Source: Chlorokybus atmophyticus (taxonomy: Eukaryota > Plantae > Mesostigma and Chlorokybus algae). From it: DNA of 64,000 nt. The stretch's first letter is position 1. Each line of letters starts with the position of its first letter. The translations under genes were made by a program, and so were the position numbers. The notes under the pieces are model-generated. The model was not told where the DNA came from. It made no database searches and saw nothing but the letters and a program-made list of their open reading frames with translations. The DNA lies in NCBI GenBank assembly GCA_009103225.1, contig RHPI01002910.1:1-64000 (forward strand), read 5' to 3'. Of this stretch, positions 11,500-25,109 are shown one piece after another.

Positions 11500-13863
11500 G
11501 GTAGCCACCTGTAGCAAGGATGAGTGTGTGTTCACCACTTGAGGGCCACTTGTGTGAGAGGTGCCTGAAAGTAGCTGATGAAAGGGGGCTCTCCCCCTCA
11601 TCCCTTGTGTGGTGTGGTGTGTGCAAGTGTGGTTGTTGGGCGTGGGTGTGCCTGAGGCTAAAGCTGTGTGGCGAGGGTGGTGGTCATCCTCTCCTTTCTT
11701 GGTGCGCTGCTGCAACTTCCCCTGCACCGTGGCGGGACTTTCACTGTAAGTCTTTAATGCTTGTGCACAAGTTTGCCAAGTTTCCACCAGCAAGTAAGTG
11801 ATAGTAACGTGACAACTATCATTGCATATGTTGCAAAATGTGTTGCTGATGGGCCCAATGCACCTATCGAGTTGATTATATTTATTGCCTACTTATGATC
11901 AACCAACCATCCTAGCATTTTTAGCACTCTCGATGTTTGCGCATACAAGTTGTTGCGCTGGTCACATTATGGTTGTTACATGTACATCACGCATGCCAAA
12001 ACTTGCGGAGTGTCTTAACTTATAAGATGCATGTCAAGTTGTATATGCATTTGCAATCATGATTCACATGTTGGTTAAGCCGTTGGTAGTTGCTGCTGTT
12101 GCCTCCTACTGCTGCATCACACTTACATAGCACATACTGCACTTAGTGTGGTGTAGAATAGGTAAAAGCTTCGGGGTTGATAATTGTTGACTTGCTTGTT
12201 GTGCCTAGTCTTTGTTTGTTGTGTGTCTGCGTAGTGAGCACGCGTGTGCACACGTTATTGATTATCATGTATACCCTATATACGCGCCTCAAACCCTAAA
12301 CTCCAGACTACTTCTACCCTGGGCGGGCACAGTGTCTTGCCCAATGGCTGCTGGCTCAATGTGCGCTTTTGTGCAGGTGAGGAGCGGTGGTTGCTTGTTA
12401 CCTTACTATGTTTCAAGCGCAGCTGAGGGCCCAGCGCCCAATCGCTACTGATATCGTACTTGCTGCTGTGCCTCGTGCTAATGCTAGTTTGGCCTGTTCA
12501 CTGCATTTGCAGCTGCTAGCTAGTACTTGCTGAATGTGCTTGTTGCAATTGGTGTTGCTTGTTGCTGTCGGTCACATTGCTTATGCCATAGTGTATGCTA
12601 TACAAGTGATAGGCAAGCACATTGAATGGCAATGCCCAAAGCATAACTTACAACACAAACTTATTTTACATGGCTTTTCTCGGGACATATTATGCATTAT
12701 ACAAATTTGATTTAAAAAGATTACATCGTGCCTTGCTTGCCCCCTGCCTGATGCAATCTTCCCTGTGTCGTGTTGCGTGTGTTAGTCTACTAGACCAAGC
12801 TAGTAGGTAATGTGCACATAGCTAGCGCTGCTTTGGGCCCCCAAGTGTTTTTGTTGTTTACTTAGTGTTGTAATGGCCTGGCTTATCAAGCTCTATTGGC
12901 GCACACACATGGCACTTCATAGCTTAATTATGGGCTGTCCAATATATATATGGCATAGGGTATACATCATAGTCATCCATAGTCACACACACACGTTCAA
13001 TGCGCAAATACACAGTGTACATTCAAATTAGCTGGCATGAACAAGCATACACAATTATTATACTTAAAGCCTTCACCTGTGCAATGCACGTGTCGAGCAG
13101 CATGCGGTAGCAGCAGCCACCAACGGCATAGCCAACCTGTAGATCAACGGCATACTGCGCAACATATGTCGACACTTATTCAACACGCACTCACCAACAC
13201 CTGTCAATAAGGCATGCAAGGACAGCTTCCACTACACCTAGGGGTGCAACTACACTCAGCAATAGGTGTGTACAACATCTATCGCCATTGTCGCTATTCA
13301 TAGCAAGGCTAGAATGTCAACCGCACTTACTTCTTCAAGGTCGGTTTGGCGCTCTTGTATACTCTCCTTTGTCAATTTTCGTAGTCCACCACCATGTGTG
13401 ACTCGCATGCGCAACGAGCATGTAGAGTGTAGTCAGTCATATTCCTTCAAGGACTGCAACGTTGTCCATGTAGCTTGGGTAGCACCTTTGAACTATCAAA
13501 CAACTGTGTTGTCGGTTGGAGAGATGCTTGGCAGCTAAATGTTGATTCACACTGTGCACATCCCTGGTAAGTGACGTTGTATCCAGGCACAGCCACTAAG
13601 AAGCATAAGCGTCGGTCGTTTCTCACATTGTGAACAACGTGAGAACAGTCAGCAGACATTGTACAACCAGTGAATGGAAAGAGGTCGAATAGTAGTTTCA
13701 GTAACAAAACCCAAGTATAGCAGCCTGAGCAGAGCTACCCTAATTGCTCACTCAACCTAATTCATACACAACAATCAGGAAAAGTGTGCAGTACGAAACG
13801 CGATGATTTAGCTACGCAGAAGTGTCGCCGCAAAACTCTTTACTCAGCCGGACTCGTTGACTC

Positions 13864-16786
13864 TTATAGGGTGGGACCATTGCTATCAATAGGGAAGCGC
13901 TTGAAGAATGCGAAGCTCCCGGTATTGGCATCAACATTAGCGAGATATGTAGGCGTATCCACTTGGAAGCTCTGGGCGAGGATGTCAACAGGACCCAGCT
14001 TGGGGATGTTGTTGAAGAAGCCATTGAAGAAGTTTGTCGGCGGAGCTGCGCCGGTAAAGAATGACACAAAGCTAAACTGCTCGGAATAAGCGATGGGTGA
14101 ATGTGGGTAAGATGGCGGGACCACCACAAGCTCGCCAACCACTTCGACATGCGTGCCATCACTTATGACAGTGCCGTTGGGGAAGGACGCAAGTGTGTTG
14201 CTGTTGCCTTCAATACCGTAGTTAACTTCAAACGTATCAGGATGGTAGTGGTTAACAATGCCAGAGCCCTGCAATGCATTACACCGGTCAGCAGGACGGC
14301 CCGCCTTGACCCAGCCATCACAAATTAATTGTGTACAACAACTTACAGGATCCATGGTGGGGAACAGGGCAGAGAGACCGACTAGAGCAAGCTCTGGGAA
14401 GCTGAATGACGTGCAGTCGCGAGAGATGGCAAATGGCAAACGGGCAAGTGCAATTTTCTCATTGCCATGCAGAATATAATCTCCCTCAACGCCACCGTCC
14501 AGAGCAGTGCCCGTCAATGCAGGTGGTGGTGGGTACTTGGCGCAGATTGCAGGATCGGTCTTGACAATACCGAAAGCATTAAGCTTGGGCACAAAGGCGT
14601 CCAACTGACAATGTAGGCACACACCGGTGAGTTGTTGCATTACAGATTCTGCAGTAAGCTGCTAGTACGCAAGCACGAAGGTCGCAATTGGTGCAACAGA
14701 CAGTTCAAGAGTGCTCACCTGCGTCTTGGTGATGTTCTGCTCAGCGGCAGCAATGAAGCGATCGTACTCAATGTTGACCCATGCGCCGCCGGTGAGGCCC
14801 AAGCCCCAGTCGAGGGACTCTCCAACCCTAGATATCTTGTGGAACGCTGCCAGCTTCACCGGCGTGCCACCGGTGGCGTAAATGAAGAAAGGCCAGCCCA
14901 GAGGCACGGCCAGGAAGTCTCTCGTGCGGAGGGATGTTGTGTTGGAAAGCGGGGGCGCAAATGGGTTATAACCGTTCGCCATACCAATATAAGCAGACCC
15001 TGGGTGTCCACAACAGAGTAACGTCACTTGAACTGTTACGGATGGTAGACCTTTATCATTCTAAGCATGACATGCAGTGTGTGCTGCTAACCCTCTTGCA
15101 TGAAGATATAGGAGGCAGCATTTGCCAGATACACTGGGCCAAAAAGCCCGCATTCTTCAATGGTAATAACTGAGAAGGCAATGCCTTGCTCCCGAAAAAT
15201 GGGGAAAGCATCGGCATCAAAAATCTTGCCAGCAGGGAAGACATGTGACGGGGGCTGATCCTCCATCATCAGAGAGATGGTGGTCTTCAGGAGGTTGACA
15301 CCCTCGGCCAAGGCCACCTTCACGCTTCTGGGCTTCACGTACGCCCTGCCACCATCATAGGCTAGTGCCGCGAGTCTGGAGTGGAACTTTGTGCTGAAGT
15401 GGAAGGCGTCAAACCAGGCATGGGCTCCAGCAGTGGTGCAAAGATGATAGTTGGGCTTCCCACTCTTGGTCTGGGCACAGGTGTTGCTCTGGAACAGTTT
15501 GCCAGACCCGCAGCAGGCACCTGGGAAAGTGAAATCTGCACACAGACAATGATGAGGACGGATACCAACTTAGCAACAAGCCCATCAGAGGTATGCGCAT
15601 GCTGAGACCGCTTACGGAATTTCTCAGCCCCTTCAGTGATGCTGTAGACATCCAGATAGACAATATTGAGAGTTGACTTGGTGCGTCTCAGATGGCGGAT
15701 GGCAGCGCTGATGGCTTTATTAGTTTCGGTTACAGCGGCATTAATAGCTGGAGGAGCAGGGCAGCATCAATTAGCTTAGCAAAGAGGTGCTCTGAAACAG
15801 AATGCATGTGCAGGTTCACAGAGCATAGATGTACTGCAACCAACCTGCATCGCAGGTCACTTGTCCACCAGAAACAGTGACTGCAGAGGGAGAACAGCCC
15901 AGGGCAGGAAGGCCGGCAATGACGAAGTTGCGAGCACCAGCTTTGAAGAGATCAAGAACAGTGCTTGTCAGAGTTGACCTTACAACCGGGGCGTAGTCCT
16001 GGCGTAACATGTATAGCTTCAGAACACTTAAGAAGGCCATTAGCATAGTCGCTGATCAGCATACCTTGGCGCCAGCAGGTTGCGAAAGGCCGTTGGTAGC
16101 GGCCACAAACTCATCACTGCCGGACCAAATGACATACAGCGCCTTCGACACCAGAGTAGGATAGATGTAGCCTCCGCCAATCAAGGACTGAAACTGGCTG
16201 ACCTGGCTCTTCAGCCCGTTCGTCACACCGAATGCTGAAGTTGCGGCAATGTAGCCACTGCCAATGGTGCCAAAGCTGACGCCGTTGTAGAAGTCTTTAA
16301 ACGTGGATCCAGCCTTTGGCCCCTTGCCGTATGCCTTCAGAGCGCCAGTTCCAAGCTTCTCAGCTGGAGCCGCGAACAGCCAAGTTCAGCAATGGTTGCA
16401 ACATGCACGACGTGCGTGCTTTGTGATGACTCTGGGTACGCTACGAGTGCTTGCAAGCTTACCCAGCAGCTCCGGAAAGACTGGGCCGTTTGAGAAACGA
16501 CCCTTGGCGTACGGGGCGAAGGCTGGCTGGAAGCAGGTGTCATCCACGCAGCTGGACTGACGGCCGACAATGGCTGCAACGTTGCCAATATCTACGGCAG
16601 AATCACCAAAGGCGAAGACAGGGGTGGCGGGTGGGAGGGGAACCTGCATGTGCAAGTGTGTGAGAGTGCAGGCACTTGCATAGGCTGTCAATTGCTTGCC
16701 AGACTGACTCTTACAGCTTTCTCTTCGTTGGCGCAGGCGCACGCAACCAGGCTAGTCGCCACTAAGGCGAGAAAGAAAAGCCGCAT
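13864..16786 (-). CDS. secreted GDSL/SGNH esterase-lipase with long C-terminal extension (multi-exon)
   Basis: Signal peptide MRLFFLALVATSLVACACA. GDSL motifs VFAFGDSAVDIGN, GRFSNG, GARNFVIAGLPALGCSP, IVYLDVY and ACCGSG, plus block V AWFDAFH at ~15400. GT-AG introns. Confidence 0.88.
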
Positions 16787-19700
16787 CCTGTCCGAGCGCA
16801 CATGAGAACGACGTGAGACGACCGGTGAAAGAAAGCTGAAGGGAAGGCACCAACTTTCTTAAAGCAGGAAAGATGTCACATGCTCTCACCTTGAACGCCT
16901 CTACTCCAGCGGCGTCAAGCCTGCCAGCAACAAATGCCAGTGAGCAGGTCAGACTTCGTTGCAGCTGTGCTGCCTACGCTACAACTGCTTGCTTGGGCCT
17001 AGACCCGCAGTCCGGCTTTCGCCCGCAGGCAACCACATGACCATACATGTAACATGCAAGGCCGCAGCTCAACAGTATGCAGTGTGTCATTGGCTTCCAA
17101 GCTGTTGAAAGCTCGTGAGGCTAAACAGCAATGCCATATGCCGGCAAGCGTCAACTGGGAAAGCTCACTGATAGGCTCACTGCATACTGAGCGCACCTTC
17201 TCGGGAACCGGGCGTGTTGAAGGTGCGACACACTACACTTAGTTGAATACGCTGCAGCGCCAAAGGTGCCGCAACGACAAGATGGCGGAGCTGGCAGAAG
17301 AAGTCTTACAAGCCGGCGGCAGCACCACCGACGACCACACTGGCGGCGCTAACAAGCTGTATCTCACAAGCGGCACGCCTCCTTCAAAGGTTAGCCACTT
17401 TCACCCTGAACCGACCAGTGAGCGTATGAATGCAAGCTTTATTTATCAGTACCTTTGCTTGGCTTGCGCTAACGCTTACACCACCGCCGCTAGTGACATC
17501 CCCAGTTTGCTACATGCATTTTGAGTGTAAACGTGATCCTTGTGCTTGCTTGCTTGCATGCACTTGCTTGGTTAGTTGGCGCTATCACGGTTAGCTGCCT
17601 GCGCAACGTGGTTTGGCCTCTGTCAGCGCCGCGTTGCTTGCTTCCAGCGAAAAGCAGCGCGGCCGGCAAGAGAGTCGCGTCAGCTTAGCGCAGGTGGGGC
17701 GCACTTTTTGTGCCGTGGACAGACTTATACGGAGACTCTTTCTCGCCCGTAAAAGTGACTGCCGTGGTAAGTTACTTATTGCTGAACTGGACGCCCGCTT
17801 ACGAAGCCTGCGGCCTGATCTGATGTGTCGGCTTCTTCAGTGGTGTGATCATCTGAGGCCAACTCTGGCGTAATCTGGGTCTTCCTGAGTTGCGTGTATA
17901 AGAACCACGGTTAGACTGTGCACAACTTCTGCAACCAGGGCACATCGAGTTGACACAAACTGCGAAGTGCATAGGATACGCACTCTCGTGAAGTGCGTTG
18001 ATGGCGCTTGTGCTCAATGTCAAAACATTAACTATGCCCAACCAAGATACTCACATTACTCACATTGTTGCGCGCATAGCATACACAGCATTTTGCTGGA
18101 TGCATGCCATTAGACTGGACGAAACGATGTTAGCGATAAAAACGATTCAAAGTATAGATAGACTGCGGTTGAATTAGATGCACCGCACTGTTTATATATA
18201 CCTTGTTTGTTTTAAGCTAATGATTAATCGCATTACTTCTGCAATATATAGTGCAACTAAGGTAAGGCTGACAACAATAGCTTGCCACGCTATAATTCGA
18301 TATGTGCATATTACTTAAGTGCACATGTGCTTATGGTGGATTTCGCGAACACTGACGTCTTCAGGGTTAACGTCTGTGCAGTAAGGGCATATTTATTGCT
18401 AAGCGCATCTGAGGTGCTTAACCTTTCAATGTGTCTATGCGCTTAATAATGTAAATACGCTTGAGGTAAAAATCAATCATAATTAAAAGTAACTTTAATT
18501 TCAATCTTCAACCACGTAGTTTATGTGATTCATTATTAGCGTTACTCCATATGTACAGTAGATTGTGCACTTATGACAAGCTTAAGTGCGGAGTATATGC
18601 ACGAAAACAAAAAACACGGGTGCTCAGAATATGTGCTATGTATGCACTCACCGAGTGTGCATAACCGCGATAAGTGCATACAAGTGCTCGTTCCGGTTAA
18701 TACGTATGTATCACGATTGGACTGTACTACGTATGTATAGTACGTTGTGTACAGCCGTACTGTTACATTCTCTACCACCATCATGGTCGGCGGAACTTGT
18801 ACGGAGTACTTATGTCTTGAACCATAATTTATAACTCATGGGACGCCACCAATCTCTGTTCTGGAATCTGCCGCGCAAAACGAGATAACAGGACACGCAG
18901 TCACGCATACGTCCCTCACACCAGAAAGCCCGGTTTGGGATTCTACTTTTGCGGCACTACATGCACCATCATGCCATGCAACGCATGCCAAGGTTTTGTC
19001 GCTATCCGTGGTGGTGAGGGTTTCGGACCAATCGTATAGTGGCACATTGGCGCGAAGTCGCGTAGTTTCCCACGCCAGACCTGACACGCAGACGTCAAGA
19101 AGCCGCGGCCGTCACATCACGTGGAAGGTAACAACAGCAAATACTGCCACCGACCCGATGACGTCGCTTGTTGTTTGGGGCTGCTACTGCAGGAGTCGGC
19201 GCCTTCGCATGTCCGCTTCTCACAGGAGGTGTTGCCGGTTGCAGTGTGCTCTGCAGCGCCGTTTTGAGTTCTGCACAACCTGTGTATGCCGGTAGCATTA
19301 TCCACGTCGGCTCCGTCGTCATGGTAGATACTCTTCAGGGAGATTCTGCTCATGCCTACAAAGTCAGGTGCGGTTGATTTCATACTGACGCCCCACGTCT
19401 TGCAGCCAACTTGATATCAACACAACCCAGCCAACTACCGCTGCTAACCATAGTCACAAGCTGTGGGTGACTCACAACCCAAAATGCATGATGGCACAAG
19501 TTTTATGTGCCGCACAACCCACCTTACACCGTACAACACGTTCTTCTGAAGCATTAACGTATGAAGTGCGCACATGTGCGGTGAAATGCCCATTGCAATC
19601 AAGCTATCAAGTACCGTGATGCTGGTATGATGTGTTATGATCGAGGGTGAAGTAATACACCTATGCTTGCTAATCATTGATCTTCAGTGCTAACTGCGAA

Positions 19701-20738
19701 GGAAGTTGCAGTTTCGAGTTGTATGTGTTAATGTCGACACGCTTATGATGCTATGACGCTCGGTAGCGGCAACAAGTGGCGGTTAAACACAGCATGGACA
19801 ATACTGCCATGTCAATGTACATGTGAAATATCAGTGTCAGTGTCGGTCATTAGCAATCACCCGCGCCGGTGCCCAAAAAGAGTAAACACATCATAAATTT
19901 TACCTTTTGCTGCATTCACACAGTGTGGAAAATGCGAGCACCTGAATGCGAGCACCTGATTTGTATTCAAATGTTAATGCATTCCCTCCTTACCTACCTT
20001 GCTTGCTGTACATGCGCAATTGAATACTTATATACGCAATTGAATTGCATACCTTATGCATAATTAACTTTAAAAGCATATATATCTTGTCACATTTTTA
20101 CGGGACTCATAATCGCTACATGAACACGTGATAGAATATGACCCGTATGATAATTATAATCATACAAGTCTATGACAACGCAGCTGACCTTACCCGGCGT
20201 TGCTTGTTGAAAGCGAAGATATAGAGTGGCAAACATCAAAAACATCCGTGCGGTTGGTATATATATACATATATATATATGTGTATTTGTATGTTATTTT
20301 GCGTATATGCACACAATGCACCACACTGTGCATTGTTACCACTGATGTCATAGCTACGCTTACACCTACGTCATTATAATTGATATTACACGACGACAGC
20401 AACAATGATGCAGCAGCGAGCGATTGCAACTTTTAACAGCAGTGTGGTCGTTAAAATTAAATGCAAAGGTTTAGCGCGCACTATGCAACGCCTTATGTAG
20501 TGAGTACAAGATAATTGTCCGTTTCAAATTTTAAGGGTGCCATATGCGAATTGTCTACAAATAAAAATACATAATTAAACTATAAATTGTGTATGATAAT
20601 ATGTAATATCATACTTGCAAGGGTGTGGAGCAGCTGTTGGTATAAGTCTGCATTAGGTTGAATCCGTCCATCAACTTGTCCTCCAGCCGCTTAAGCGGGT
20701 GTACACATGGATGTAAATAAGTCACGTAGCCAATTTTA

Positions 20739-21168
20739 CACTGGACTGTGTCGCCCGGCTACGGTTATGCCTAAGTCGTACAACTGAGAAGCAAGCCTAC
20801 CACAATATAACCTCTCTGTTAGAAACCTTCGATTAAGAGATCTTGCCTTGTAAGAGACATCTTTTGGAGCACATATTTTCACCACTCGAAATCTCTTTGT
20901 TTTCATAGAGCAATCGACCCCGCAATAAGAGACCTTAACATCATTAATTTTCCCTTACACAAAGAGTGTAGTATAAAATATATTAACATATATACTTCAC
21001 AAAAAACATATTCTCCAGGATTTGAGCAAGTGTTTTACATAGATTCGTGTCACAGCATCATATAGCATCACATGTTTAAATGTGTGTTGTTTGTGAGGTA
21101 ACCTCGATGTAAGACCACATTCTCCTACATCAAGGAAAGAGACCCTATGTAAGCGACAAAGTACAGGG
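20739..21168. mobile_element. putative Tc1/mariner-pogo-type MITE (430 bp)
   Basis: TA-flanked imperfect TIRs CACTGGACTGTGTCGC and GCGACAAAGTACAGGG (13/16 match). AT-rich interior with repeated AACCTCGAT/TAAGA(G)AC motifs. No coding capacity. Confidence 0.4.
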
Positions 21169-21715
21169 TATAAACGTGTCTCCTAGAACGAGGTGGTACT
21201 GCCGGTTCGTACAAAAGGCTGCGTGGCCTGCGGGCTTGAGTAAAAATTTGGCGCGACTTGCAGCAGAACGCCGCGTCAGCCGCGGAACAGAAGCCCGGTT
21301 AACTGAGCTCCGCTACTGTGTCTCAGCACAAGAAAAAACTTGCTTGCGCTGCACGTCGATATCGAGCTTACGTGCGTCGCTTTTCGCAAGCGCAACAGTG
21401 CAGTTGCTGCGTACGCTGCCAGCCTTAAAGACCGGACCAGCTGCGCAGCCCGTAGGTGTAGCGTCAGTGGTGGCGGCGGCGGCGTAGTTCTGCTTTGCGA
21501 CGCAAGGTACCTGTGTTTCTTTGCTTGATTGCTCGCAAGGGTTGAGTGGCAAGGTTGCAGTTGTCTCGGGGTGCTTGCTTGCATCTCTGGCGGGTGCGCC
21601 GGGTCGCTTGCATGCTGCCGGTGTAAGTGTGGTGGTGAGGTTGTGAACGGCATTGTGCGTTATCAGTCTGTGTTCACCATTCTGAGCTGTGTTGGTTGGT
21701 CTCTGGTGGAGCAGG

Positions 21716-23762
21716 ATGGCCAGGATGGATGGCAGTGCGGTGGCATGCATTTGCATGGTCGCTCTCCTTGCGCTGCTGGTGGCGCCAGCTGACGCCAATG
21801 GGTACCGTTGGAGGAATGGCCTGCGGGCACCCATCAACATGACCGCCCAGCTCGGCGCCGCCCCCTTCCGCATTGTCGTCCCCTCCAACTGGAAGGGCGT
21901 TCTCATCCTGGACGGCCATGGCTACATTGCTAAGCTGGCCGAAGGACGCGTGGACTACCCCTTTGAGCTTGGCACAGACGGTTTCCCCAGCAAGGAACAC
22001 CAAGTAAGAGTTTTGCCAATGCCATAAGCTGGCTGCAGCTGACATGGTGAAGTTAGTCCACCAACACTCTTGCATGTGCTTGCAGGAGCCATACATCTCC
22101 AATGTCGGTGGCTATGCCGTTGCCACTACCAAGTACTCGTCCGAGGGTTGGTCCGTCCAGGAGGCTCTCAAGGAGCTGCCCCGGCTGACTCGCTTCTTCC
22201 GCACCCAAATTGCGAGCCCGGCACGTACCATCATCTCCGGTGGCTCTATGTCAGCCATCCCCGCCATCGCGCTGGCTGAGAACCATCGGCTCTCTGGCCC
22301 CCCCTCTCGCAAGGGCAGGCTTTACAATGGTGCCTTTGCATTCTGCGGCATTTCTGCGGGTACTTCAGAGACTGTCAACTACCTGATGACGGTGAGATAG
22401 TTTTCTTGTCTAAGTCTATCTTGAAATGCAGCAGTTGGCATGCATGCATTGAGCCGCTGCTGCTGCACCTCGATATTCATTGTGGTCGGGACATGCATGA
22501 GTTCAGTCATGCATATAAACACAGTGGCAGTGCAGTTCGCCTGAATCTAGCGCTCATGTATGCTGCAGGTTGCCAAGGTGTATGATGCCATCTTTGGCAT
22601 CCCTGCTGAATGGGGCACCGCTGGCAAGTTGAACCCCAACCTGAACTTCTCCGGCCCAGCCCAAACTGATCCTGCTGCCACTATTGTGTTCAAGGTACTC
22701 CTTGCTTATTAGTCTGTCTGCTGGCAGTCGTATCCTGACAGTTGGACATATGTGCAGCATGTCTGCTGTTACCGCATGTAATGTTATTACACAACATGTA
22801 ACTGGGTTGGTCGAAGGTGCAAGATGGTCCTGTGTCCTACCACACGTATCTCCTTTGCCAGCAACTGTGTGCACAGTCTACTCGTTGTTGCCCTGACTTT
22901 CGCGGCACATGCGCTGAGTCTTTAAATGTCGTGCAGCTGTGCCAAGCTGGCATCCCACTTTGCGGCGCATTCCAGCCTCCTTATGATAAGGAGGTCGCCT
23001 TCAAGTTTGAGCTCATCCGCCTGCTGCTGTTCCCCACTCTTCCCAAGGCGGATGTGTACCCATCTGCTGGCTTTATTGGCTGGATGTTCGGTAAGCTATG
23101 CCTGTTGGCATTGCGCTTTGAGATAAGCAAGTTTGTTGCTGAGCTTGATTTGGATACGGTGTGCTTTGCGTGCAGGTAACATGTTTTTTACCTTCCAAGT
23201 GCGTTGGGACATCCAAACCCGGGCAGGCGGTGCTATCACTGGCACTGACGTGGGTGTGACCTATGGCTTCAACAAGATTGCCCAAGCGCAGGGTGCTGAG
23301 AAGTATCTGAAGGACACTTTTGGCATTGACCCTGCCCCGTACATTGCCAAGATGAACGCCGCGCCCAAGATCATCGCAGACCCTGCTGGCAAGGCCTACG
23401 CCAAGAAGTACACCGACTTCACTGGCAACCTCCATATCCCTATGATCACCATGCACAATCTGCTGGACGGCCAAGTGCGCACGAGCAATGAGGCGTTCTA
23501 CAGCAATCTGGTCAAGTCCGCTGGCAAGTCCCACCTGCTGTATCATACATGGGTGGACACCTACCCCAACCTGTTCATTGGCTCCAATGGCCCCCCCATC
23601 ACCTCCTCCGGTCACTGCATCTTCACCAAGGAGCAGATGCTTGCTGCTTTCAACTCTCTTGATGACTGGGTTGCCAAGGGCGAGCGGCCCGTGAAGGCGG
23701 ACTTCACCCCTGCTGGCGGCTTCGACTTCAACTTCAAGCCCCTCGAGTATCCTCTGTCATAG
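21716..23762 (+). CDS. secreted alpha/beta hydrolase, bacterial tannase/feruloyl-esterase-like, copy 1 (5 exons)
   Basis: Signal peptide, then VPSNWKGVLILDGHG, nucleophile elbow GGSMS, YNGAFAFCG, PMITMHNLLD, SGHCIFT and LDDWVAKGERP. Exons ~21716-22003, 22086-22391, 22569-22694, ~22937-23090 and ~23176-23762. Confidence 0.85.
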
Positions 23763-25109
23763 AATTTTTCCTGTTACAATTTTCTCTGCGCTACTACTCC
23801 TTGTCTTCAATCCAATCACTGAGGAGCTGTGGCAGTAGGCAAGCTGCACCGATTAGTGCAAACTAGATAGGTTGATTAGATATTGCCATCCGCCATACAT
23901 ATAGTACACGTCTTGTTGCTGTCATCTGCTGTTGTTGTATACACAGTGAAAAATGACTGAGTTGCCTCCCATATTAAACACGTTCATGGGAATGCGCGCA
24001 CACTGCTGAATTACCACTGCAACACGTGTGCACGCTTGCAAGCACACAGGTTCCCAACTAAGCACAACGTTTGGAGAGAATGGTTGGCAGCAAGGTTTAA
24101 CAATAGCAACGGGCTGGCCCAGATCCCTAAGAAATGTCAAACAACATCAATACCACCACCACCACCACCACACATGATGAAAGCACAGCAGCAGCAAGTT
24201 ATTACAAGTGCTGTCGGTATTATAACCTTGTATGGCAAGTTGATGTTGAATTGACATAAAACTGCTGTGTGCAGTTGACTACCATCATTAGTGGTGAAGT
24301 GTTAGATTGTGCTGCATCTTTGCCTCTCCAACATGACTGTGTATTGTGACTGACAGTGTGGTACTCATAACGCTAAACGCATAGCAAACCTATTCACACA
24401 ATAGAAGTAGCACTATGGTACACAAGCACACGGTTTGCTGTCATTCCGCGAATGAACCCACACCGTCACACATTAGTTGCACATTGGCATGGTCGCCACA
24501 AGATATGCACCATTACCATGTATATGTTTGTACAAGTGTGGCTCCATGTCCACGTACTCACTGTTGGACGGCCCAGTCACACGCTCACATGCCTACACAC
24601 AGTCACCCCACCCACACTCCCTCACTCACCACACTGCCAGACACACACCACACGCACACCCACACCCGCTCCACCGCAGCATGTGCCACACTTATCACCA
24701 TAGACAAATACCCAGGACAACCATATTCCAGAAAGGGTGTTCCAAGTACGGTGGGTGATGACCACGTTGAATGCCTCAGAGCAGAGAGAGAAGAGAGAGA
24801 GAGTGTAGTCCTGCAGTTATACAATGCAACTTGTTCAAATACCATTTACCTAATGTGCAATCTGATTAGGTGACATCTGATGGAGCACCCCGTACATACA
24901 AGCCCCTTCCTCCCACCCTGGCTATCCACTACAAGTGCCATTCAGCACATGAACCCATCCATAACATCTTGAACAACCTGTGAATCACATGAACACTAAC
25001 TAGCGCACCATGTCGCAGTTACCAATGCAAACCTCACATACCTGTACAATCATAGGTGATGTACCTACAAGGCCTACTAGACAAGATGCATGTTGCGCCG
25101 AGGCTACCG

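Noticed and set aside
13266-13707. Cys-containing ORFs downstream of the GDSL gene
   Set aside because: No consistent frame, splice model or recognisable motif.
17150-17524. ERTFSGTGRV segment resembling a hAT dimerisation domain, and the adjacent 93-aa ORF
   Set aside because: The match is too short, is followed by a stop, and has no TIR or other transposase motif nearby.
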